In this document: positions 52,418 through 64,000 of the stretch, piece after piece | How the letters are laid out: each line of letters begins with the position of its first letter | How positions within the stretch are numbered: the stretch's first letter is position 1 | Assembly: GCA_951406725.2 (NCBI GenBank) | Contig: OX597816.1 | Location: 153,636,001 to 153,700,000, forward strand | DNA: 64,000 nt | Origin: Octopus vulgaris | Taxonomy: Eukaryota | Direction: 5' to 3' | Translations under genes and position numbers: made by a program | Notes under the pieces: model-generated | What the model was told of the DNA's origin: nothing | The model's input: the letters and a program-made list of their open reading frames with translations, nothing else | The model's database searches: none

Positions 52418-52897
52418 TTAATGTATATGCTTTGTGTATTTTCCGGTGGCTGCAATGGTTGCAGAGTATGTAACTCTCAAGACACTGGTGCTAAAAACAC
52501 CTTAGAGTCATGGACTGACCTTCAGTCCCATTTGGGATTGATGGACATCGATGTTTCGCCATTTTTGTGCCTTCTCAACACCACGCACCCGCCTAGTTTG
52601 AAAGCAAATTTTCTCTTAGTTATGCAATTTCTGAGCATACCAGCTCATGATTTTACAATCCATGTGTATATAAGTTGTTGGACTGGTTAGGTGACTTACC
52701 TTCAACCTAAGCGGGTATGTGGTGCTGAAAGCCATGAAAATGACGAAACATTGATGCTCATCAATCCCAAATGGGATGGAATTTGAGTCATCCCGTCTGC
52801 TCACGACTCTAAAGTGTCTTTAACACCGGCGTCTTGAGAGTTATATACTCCGCCACGCCATTGCAGTCACCGGAAAATACACAAATTATATACATTA
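52418..52897. mobile_element. Foldback MITE with about 190-bp degenerate TIRs
   Basis: 52418-52610 is the approximate reverse complement of 52695-52897. Confidence 0.8.
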
Positions 52898-52901
52898 GTA
52901 T

Positions 52902-53300
52902 ACTCTCTTTTACTTGTTTCAGTCATTTGACTGCGGCCATGCTGGAGCACCGCCTTTAGTCGAGCAAATCGACCCCGGGACTTATTCTTTGTAAGCCCAG
53001 TACTTATTCTATCGGTCTCTTTTGCCGAACCGCTAAGTTACGAGGACGTAAACACACCAGCATCGGTTGTCAAGCAATGTTGGGGGGGGGGACAAACACA
53101 GACACACAAACATATGCACACACATACATATATATATATACATATATACGATAGGATTCTTTCAGTTTCCGTCTACCAAATCCACTCACAAGGCATTGGT
53201 CGGCCCGAGGCTAAAGCAGAAGATGCCACGCAGTGGGACTGAACCCGGAACCATGTGGTTGGTAAGCAAGCTACTTACCACACAGCCACTCCTGCGCCTA
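52902..53300 (-). mobile_element. SINE family C
   Basis: Closely similar to 45900-46333. Confidence 0.85.
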
Positions 53301-54163
53301 TTTTATAATAATAATAATAATACATACATACATACATACATACATACATAGACAGTTTTCGTGAGATCTATTAACATTCTAACCAATACTTCTCGGAGGA
53401 AGCCTGAGACACGGGCAATTCACCTCAGTGATTAACATCAGTTTTAGTAATTATAAACAACTTTTTCACTCTATAAAGCGCCATTAAATGGAATGAATTA
53501 AAAGCTTCGTGCGGGCTGAGCTATTTCTCCTGGTGAAACTCGCCAAATATCTATAGCAAATGAAGAATATTAGTCCTATTTATCCAGGAATCAGAGAAAT
53601 TGTAACTGTGAAGTTCTTGTCTATTTTAGGTGTATTCGCTAATATAACAGATTTCTTCATAGAAGTATAGTCTAACCAGTATTTGTTCGGCTCAAGATGA
53701 TTGAGTATAAGGATTTTGAGTGAACAAACACTGTGTAGAGGGGATTACAACCTTCTTTATGGAAGACAAAACAGTTACGTGAGAGCTAACATATTTAACA
53801 TAAGTATTTAAAGTGTTTAGCTAACAATATTCACCATGTTATATACTACTAAACAACAAATGTGTATATTTGTGCGTGTGCGTGTACGTGTATATGTGCT
53901 ATTAAAGTAAACTCAGACACATCCTTTAAAGTAAACATAATGAACCTATTAAAGAACAATTGGAATTATAAAATGTATTTGATAAACATTATTACAATAA
54001 CTTCTGATAAATATAATTAAAATATTACGTTTCATCTGGACTGAGCCAAATTGCGTTTATATTTCCCTTTACAGGAACGCTGTACATTTCGACCCTCTTT
54101 TTCAGCAATTTTACTTTTATTTTCGGTTTTATTTTACATATTTTATAATAATAATAATAATAA

Positions 54164-54647
54164 TGAAATTATTGTATACAGTGCTCAGGTGCACCACAAC
54201 TTGTCAGAAAGTGCATATAAAGTACATGCAGTAATGTAGAAATGTCTGGAAAGTGAACATGCTTGTGTGTGTATGGAGGGGAGAAAATCAAGTGTAGTGT
54301 TGGCGAATCTCAGGAAGCATGGAAGTCTTGAAGGATGCAGTGCTTCGACAACTAACAACCGATGCCAGCAGTTTGTTCCACGCTTCAGCAACTCTCAGCG
54401 TGAAAAAATGTTTCCTGAAGTCATGGGAGCTGTGCTGTTTTCTTACTTTGTAAATATGTCCACGGGTGTTAGATGGGTGGAGTTTGAAGAGGTGCTCAGT
54501 GTTATTGTTTGTGCGATGGTTGATAATTTTATGGGTGTCTGCCAGGTCAGCTGCCAGACGTCGGAGTTTCAATGTGTCCATGCCCAGGGAAGTAAGGCGT
54601 TCAGGATATGGCAAATGCCTGATGGAGGGTATTCTTTTGGTTGACGT
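54164..54647 (-). mobile_element. 3' end of a CR1-type LINE with a (TTA)n tail
   Basis: PYPERLTSLGMDTLKLRRLAADL..TRGHIYKV..RKHFFTLRVAEAWNKL. Confidence 0.85.
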
Positions 54648-54728
54648 TGATTTTTAATATGTGTATGTGTGTGTGTGTGTGTGTGTGTTAAGAAGTAAAA
54701 ATTGTTATTGCATTTATTGATGTATTAT

Positions 54729-56653
54729 TTATTTTGTAATGTTTGTGTGGTTTTGTCGATTATAATGATCTTTGTACTTACATGAAACGTTTAGAGTGAC
54801 GTCAGTCAAAACAAATTTTGTCTTTGAAACGAGTTCTATGTGAATTCGATTTACTATTGACAAGTTCCCGAAAAGTTTGATTCTATTCACACCTTCGATT
54901 AAAAAATACGTATTGTTAAGTATTAAGTCTGATTTAGAGACTTTAATGAAGAAGGTTACATCGTCTGTTTTATTTATTTCAAAATGGAAAATAATATCTT
55001 GTGGATTAGTTATTTTAATTTGGACGGTACAGTAATTTCTAGAACTTGCTTGAATCATTATAGCAGATATGCAAAATGAAGGATTGTATGAAAAAAGAGG
55101 TGTTTTACCGTCACCAACTTTTATATTCGAAAGTGTTTTATTTGTATTCAATAAATAAATATCGTTCGTCAGTATACAAGTTTTGACACCCACCTGTTGA
55201 AAAGCCATTCTAAAAGAGTTAACATCAAGACCAATATAATAAGCAGCGCGAATAACATCACAAGCTCCGGTTGAAAAATCCGATGTTGGATGCCAATACA
55301 AACGATTGGCTAACATAAATGCGTGATAGGCATCTTTGATTGGAATTCTATAATCCTGGACCACGTAGTAGAATGCTTTGTTATAAATACCACAACCAAA
55401 ATGAGGGTCTAAGCTTTCGGTGTAATTATCGTAATGGTTCACAGACAGTTTATCCTTTGAGGGATCATCCAAAGATCTAAATCCTCTATCATCAGATTTT
55501 GTTATATACTTCCCTATTGACCAGTCATTTTGTCCGAGATAAGCTTCCAGAGTTTCACCTGTTATGTCAGAGAATGATTCGTCCATAGAGCCAGACTGTC
55601 CGAAATTCAAAAGACAGGAATGTTGTTCGGTGAAGCCATGTGCCACTTCATGACCTATGATATCAGCCACTGTATAAGGATAAGAAAACTCTCCTCCGTT
55701 ACCAAAATTGCATTGCTTTCCGTCCCAGAATGCATTGTCAATATCATAATATACTCCAATTATTAATTTGTTCCGTAAAATTTTAGTCCCGTACCAGGAA
55801 AGAAACATATCGAAAAGAGCACTGCCGTAATACAGAGCATCACGGGCAGGAGAATTAGCTCCATTAACTGAATCATCAAAATTATCGAAGCATTTATAGC
55901 TGACTACATTGTCAGTATCCCTATAGGTTGGACGTCCACTAAAATTGAGAACTTTTACATATTGGTTCTCCAGAAAACAGGTATTCCCTTGATTTCTCTT
56001 TACAAAAATTTTCCGATTGTCTCTGCTGTAAACAAACGTTCCACTTTTCTCATTACCACCGTGACCAGTGAGTAAATGGTTAGCAAAAGTATCAAGTTTC
56101 GACCATTGTAACAAAATATCTCCGGTATGAGCGCTTATAAGAAACGCCGGTCGCTTAACCACTTCATCAGTATATATTAGGTAATCAATTTCGTAGATCA
56201 AACTTACATCGCCGAAATCATCAACGTAAACTTTTCTGTGCGAATTATAGTTGTAAATGTTCTTTTTAAACTGACCGTGCCCAGCCGAGATGATTGCAAT
56301 ATCTAAAGCTTCTTCCTTGGTTAATGTCGCCGATAATAATTTATCCCAGTGATGATAGGTACTCAGCCCCTGGATAACAAAACCGCTTGCCAAACCGGTT
56401 AGTTCACCATTAGATTCGATTACGACCGAAAGTGTTCCATCGTAGATAGGAATATCTTTGTACAATTGTCGCAACTTTAAGATCCGAAGTCCTTGGCTCG
56501 TGTTAAATTGATCAATAACATCGAAACTGTTCGGTGGCACAAGACCAAAGAGATCTGTGAGTGCAGTTGCTTTATTCAGCCGGTAATTGTATTGTAATTG
56601 TTCTTTAACATTAATACGGTTCAAACGTCGCCCAACGGGTCTCGGCATAAGAA
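54729..56653 (-). CDS. Peptidase family M4 (thermolysin/pseudolysin/vibriolysin-like) zinc metalloprotease, main exon: FTP and PepSY propeptide, catalytic domain, about 150-aa C-terminal extension
   Basis: Motifs GHGGNEKSG, VNGANSP, DNAFWDG, HEVAH (HExxH), GSMDESFSD (third Zn ligand), DPH..GIYNKAFY and ANRLYW. Strong acceptor TTTTAATTCTTTATTTTGTCTCTACAG ends at 56654. Confidence 0.93.
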
Positions 56654-56945
56654 CTGTAGAGACAAAATAAAGAATTAAAATGAGCAAAGTATATATTCAT
56701 GCATTTCCATGTGTACACATGTACACGCGTGCGCACATACACACACACACACAAACACATTTAATTTCAGTGCAGTTCAAGTATGGGGACATGAAATCCT
56801 AAGTAACTGTAGAGGAGTGTAAGCTGTAGTTATAACCCAACCAGCCAATTTTATTATGATTTACATTATGTTACTCATTCTTCTGAATGAAAGGTAAGAG
56901 AGTGCAGTAAAATAATTTCATACACAATTTCACCTGTTACATTTT

Positions 56946-57100
<155 letters not shown>

Positions 57101-57171
57101 TACATTCAACACATATACGTGTGGGTGTGGGTGTGTGGGTGTGCATATGTTTATAAGTTTTTTTTCTATAT

Positions 57172-57365
57172 CCTTTTCTACTCTAGGCACAAGGCCCGAA
57201 ATTTGGGGGGAGGGGGCCAGTCAATTAGATCGATCCCAGTACACAACTGGTACTTAATTTATCGACCCCGAAAGGATGAAAGGCAAAGTCGACTTCGGCG
57301 GAATTTGAACTCAGAACATAAAGACAGACGAAAAACCGCTAAGAATTTCGCCCGGCGTGCTAACC
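57172..57365 (-). mobile_element. SINE family A within the M4 gene intron
   Basis: AACTGGTACTTAATTTATCGACCCCGAAAGGATGAAAGGCAAAGTCGAC..GGAATTTGAACTCAGAAC. Confidence 0.85.
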
Positions 57366-57721
57366 TTTATGACTAAGCTCAGAATGCCTCGGTTTGTTTG
57401 TTACTGAGGAGACTAGACGAGGTGAAACATTAACATATATTCACGCGCATGTGTATGCACATATGTATATATATATGTAGGTACGTATTTTGTATATATT
57501 ATCATGTTTTTGATTTTCCATAAATTTATTAAATGCGCATACAGACATTTAGCGCTCTTCATTTATCATTGTCATTAGTGACAAGGTTCATTATAGTTCA
57601 GATGCTGCGAATAGATCAATCTGCGATATTATCCTACCATCTTCGTTTAGTTAACCTACGATTTCTTCTGTCTTTAACTAGTCTCTTAAGACATTCTGTT
57701 GAGAGGACTTAGTGGAGATTT

Positions 57722-57935
<214 letters not shown>

Positions 57936-57983
57936 TTTATATATATATATCATTAAGATCTAAAATTTATATAAACATATGCA

Positions 57984-59246
57984 CTCGGGGAAGTCAAAAG
58001 TTATCCGTACTTTTACCGTTGGCTACACTGCCTTCAGCGCTCGCGGGCGAAGAAGTTGGTATTCTTGTGTTTCTGTAACCGAGGTTTGACCTTGATCGCT
58101 CCAGTTTTCTTTCTTGTGTTACAGAGTAAACAAGACCAGACCGCTGGCAGTGTGCAACAATGAAGAACAGAGATCAGTGACCTGATTTTTCTGGTCTGAA
58201 ACTGTGTCAGGAACTGAAATTCATTGTAATTTAGCGCTCTACCGCGTGGAACTGTGTATGAGAGGATCGAGAAGTTTAAAAACGATCGAACAAACGTGAA
58301 GCACGAAGAGGGAGCAGAATAACCATCAACCTCCACCATTGATGTGAAGATTCAACAAGCTCGAGTGATGGTTCAGTCAAAACAACGAATAGTTATCGAT
58401 GTTATGTTCTCTGCAAGTAAGTTATAGTTCTGCATTCGAAATCCTTCGTGACAAACTTCGCTTACGTAAAATATATGCGAGATGGGTACCTAGTGAGCTT
58501 ACTAAAGCACATAAGTGCAATTGTGTGGAGATCTGTCAATGCCTACGTGACTGCTACAACGATGAAGGCGAAGCTCTTTTGAAGAGAATAGTTACAGAAG
58601 ATACAACCTGGGCCCCATCACTTTGAGCCAGAATCCAAAAGTCAGAGTATAAAGCGGATACACCCGGAATCGCCCACGAAAAAGAAATTCAAGGCTCAAC
58701 CTTCCATAGGAAAAGTTATGCAACCGTTTTGGGTGACGCAAAAGGCCTAGCCAGAACATTGCCTGGAAAAGGGGTCTACAGACATCAGTGTAGGATACAG
58801 TGAAATGCTGGTCAACAAAACTGAAACCAGCAATTGGCACCAAACATTGAGGTTTATTGTTAAAGCAAGTGTTATTGTTGCACGCCAATGCACGTCCATA
58901 CATGGCCGCCCATATCGTTGAAATCATTGAAAAATTGGAATTCTTGTTACTGGAACACCCTGCATACAGTCCGAATCTTGCCCATTCCATCTATCACCTC
59001 TTTGGACCGCTCAAACATTGTTTACGAGGTCGTTGATATGCTACGGACGAAGAAACGAAGGAAGCGGCACATAAATAGCTGCGCAACCAACCGAAAACCT
59101 TCTCCGATGGAATAAGCAAGATAGTGGACCGCTGGAAGAAGTACATTGAAAAGCATGGAAATTATGTCAAAAAATGATGTAATTGTTCAGCCCTGCTTTA
59201 TTTTTAATAAATTATGGAAACAAGAGTGCCTATAATTTTTGACTTA

Positions 59247-59251
<5 letters not shown>
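57984..59251 (+). mobile_element. Full-length but decayed mariner (DD34D) element
   Basis: TIRs GGGAAGTCAAAAGTTATCCGTACT and AGTGCCTATAATTTTTGACTTACC. Motifs WVPSELT, IVTEDTTW, LLHANARP and HPAYSPNLAP across frameshifts. Confidence 0.85.
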
Positions 59252-61198
<1,947 letters not shown>

Positions 61199-61444
61199 TA
61201 TATATATATATATATCATATTATATTATATTATATTATATTATATTATATTATATTACTTTATATCATTTTATATACTATGTTTACTGTGTTTTTCAGCG
61301 GCAGAAAGATACAAAAGTGACATAAGGCTCGAGAATTTCGTGCATGGCACATATCACTGTCACTTTTGTAAATGTTTGCCGCTTAAAAATAAAAATAAGT
61401 ATATATGCTCATGTATTGATTTCTATTTCTTTTGTCTGTAGTGC

Positions 61445-61529
<85 letters not shown>

Positions 61530-61709
61530 GTATTTATATATATGTATATATATCGATACAACCATAGACATACCATACATAAACATGCTAGCGCGCACAC
61601 ACATACATCCATAGAACATAGAAACCCACACGAATAACTAAACATATTATGTACGTATAAATATATAAACATAACAGCAAGTAAGAAGAAATTAGAAGTA
61701 AATACTCAC

Positions 61710-61758
61710 TGACAACCACTTCAAAATAACACCAAAAATATATTCTAAAATATAGCAT
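61710..61758 (-). CDS. Predicted first coding exon (signal peptide) of the M4 protease
   Basis: AAACA-ATG, MLYFRIYFWCYFEVVV plus one base, then consensus donor GTGAGT at 61709. Phase 1 matches the acceptor at 56654, giving a 657-aa protein. Confidence 0.6.
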
Positions 61759-61928
61759 TGTTTAGCATCACTTCCCGCAAAAACACATGGAGCTTGCAGA
61801 CGATTCGTTCGCCATGACGTGTAGGAAAGCTATCCCAGAATTCCTGAAAACACGCAGTTCGTTGTGTTAAGAGCTAATGTCAGTTTATCTGATAATTTTT
61901 TTAAAGTTGTATCAGTCTGGTAGAGAAG

Positions 61929-61936
61929 TTTATATA
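61929..61936 (-). promoter_or_regulatory. Candidate TATA box for the M4 gene
   Basis: TATATAAA on the minus strand, about 170 bp upstream of the predicted ATG, in non-microsatellite sequence. Confidence 0.3.
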
Positions 61937-61990
61937 CGGCAGTAAACTTCGCGGGGAAAAGAAGGAAAGAATATGCAAGCAAACCGAAAC

Positions 61991-62027
<37 letters not shown>

Positions 62028-62246
62028 AAAGAAAGTTGGAAAGTAAAGGAAAGCGGAGAAAAGAAAAGCAGTGAAAACAGAAAAGTTGATAGAAGCACTG
62101 AGAAATACAAAGATATAGAGATTATTGGGGAAAGCGAGGTGGGGGTTGATAGAAAAGAGAGGAGAGAAGAGGAGAAGGAGAAAAATAGATAGATAGGTAT
62201 GAGATAGGTATCTAGGTAAGTATGTAGATACGTTGTTAAGAACAGG

Positions 62247-62340
<94 letters not shown>

Positions 62341-62752
62341 CCTGAAGTTTCAAAAAATAAATAAATAAACTACGGTGAAACATCGATGAGACTGATTTTG
62401 GTGCGACGTGGGTGTAAAAAAGGTTTAAGTTTCATTTAAAAAATACGCACGAGAACGCACACCTGGACAATTGCTTATAAGACATACAGTCACTCACACA
62501 AATACAGGACGCACAAATAAAACAATTTTGTTTATGTTGTCAATTGATCTGAAGGGTACATGAATATTCACGCAATTATATAAATACTCTATCAACTACT
62601 TAGAAATACATAGACATTCAGATTCATATCGCTGGCCACATGCAGATAGGGATATGCAAGCAAACCTACTCTCACAATCGTATTCACACATACACACGAC
62701 TTACACACACACACACACACACTCTCTCTCCCTCTCTCTCTCTCTCCTTCTC

Positions 62753-62859
<107 letters not shown>

Positions 62860-63129
62860 CAAACATACAGTGCGTGCGAGCAAATACACCTGCACACGCA
62901 TAAATAACAATACGAATACGTACACAAACACACGATACAAGAAGCGTAAAGATCAGTCGACCATTACCTTTTATCAGCCAAGATATTAAGATGATTATGT
63001 ATCATATTTACTAATAATATACATATATTTGTGAGTACGTAGATTATGTATGTATGTATGTATGTATGTATGTATGTATGTATGTATGTATGTATGTATG
63101 TATGTATGTATGCATGTACATATGTATGT

Positions 63130-63996
63130 ACTAGGGTTGATCAATAAGTATCCGGACTGGTGCCATAGTAACGAAGCTAAATCAAGCAGAGTAAAGCCGC
63201 TTGGCACAGATTGATCTTGAACTCTGCAGTGCATACGCACTAAGTTTTAACGTTCTAGCTCACCTCCGCTGTTTACAGAACTGTTTGGAAGGAGGATGTG
63301 TAGCGTGTGATCGTCGCATTGACCCCGACAGAGAAAGTTGTCATGGCGATACCTGCTCAGAGGCCTGCGCAAAGTTGCAGGAAGTGTATGGAGTGAAGTG
63401 CATGAGCCGCACACAAGTGTACGAGTGATACAGACATTTCCAAGATGGTGGAAAAAATGTCGATACTATCGAACGTTTTCGGAGACCCGCAACCAGCAGA
63501 ACTGAGAAAAGCATCGCAGATGTGTGAGTAGCTGTGAGGGGAAATCGTCGAATCACCATCCGTGAGATATCAGAGGATGTGCAGATTAGTTACGGTTCAG
63601 TCCATTATCACTGAAGATTTAGGTATGAGACTTGTATCTGCCAAAACTGCTTTCAGCTAACCAAAAAGACACTCGGGTTTCAGTTGTACAAGATCTCTTT
63701 GATTGTATCGAGAACGATGAAAACATTTTGAAAACTTTGCATAGGCCTCTGAGCAGGTATCGCCAAGCTTTTGGCAAAATTTGATGCAGATTCTCTGCTC
63801 AACTTTCTCTGTCATGATCAACGCGACGACCACACGCTATACACGTTCCTTCGAAGCACTGCTGTAAACAGCGAAAGTGAGCTAGAACGTCAAAACGCAG
63901 GAGAATTCAAGCTCGATCTGTGTCAAGGGGCTTTACTCTGCGTGCTTTAGCTTCGTTACAATGACAATGGTCCGGATACTTATTGACCATCCCTCT
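63130..63996. mobile_element. Non-autonomous mariner derivative built from two inverted 5' ends
   Basis: About 240-bp inverted arms (63130-63370 vs 63740-63996). Interior encodes a decayed HTH ACAKLQEVYG..MSRTQVYE..NRRITIREISEDV. Confidence 0.8.
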
Positions 63997-64000
63997 GCGA

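Noticed and set aside
52616-52804. Minus-strand exon with a GTAAGT donor at about 52700
   Set aside because: It lies wholly within the right arm of a foldback MITE
56654-56687. TTG-initiated hydrophobic N-terminus (MLILILYFVST) as a bacterial-style signal peptide
   Set aside because: The sequence is better explained as a polypyrimidine tract plus CAG acceptor. There is no ATG or ribosome-binding site
54729-56687. Bacterial contamination or mis-assembly
   Set aside because: Low GC like the host, flanked by host CR1, SINE and microsatellites, and carries a canonical splice acceptor. Read-level confirmation is still needed
56860-56915. Alternative first exon [15 protein letters not shown] for the M4 gene
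   Set aside because: The only nearby GT gives the wrong phase for the 56654 acceptor and is a weak donor

Overview
AT-rich, microsatellite-dense eukaryotic DNA. The tRNA-derived SINE families and repeat landscape suggest a cephalopod (Octopus-like) genome, which is an inference. Most short ORFs in the track are microsatellite artefacts. Main content: (1) a young 362-bp tandem array (37429-44381) with a type I hammerhead ribozyme (U3-A8 core variant, palindromic helix III) in each complete unit, i.e. a retrozyme or Penelope-pLTR-like array. A full-length, nearly intact Tx1/L1-clade LINE (38000-43358; gag-knuckle ORF1, APE-RT-ZnF ORF2) has inserted into it with a 17-bp TSD, so the LINE is bracketed by two intact ribozymes. 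(2) A bacterial-type M4 (thermolysin/pseudolysin/vibriolysin-like) metalloprotease gene on the minus strand, with a predicted signal-peptide exon 5 kb upstream (exon 1 61710-61758, exon 2 54729-56653), a candidate eukaryotised horizontally acquired gene. (3) An uninterrupted hAT transposase ORF nested in a decayed Tc1/mariner element. (4) Many relics: R4/Dong-like and Hero-like RLE LINEs in (CATA)n and (AAT)n tracts, CR1 3' ends, mariners, a Helitron Rep fragment, foldback MITEs and SINEs. All calls are by eye, with no database searches.
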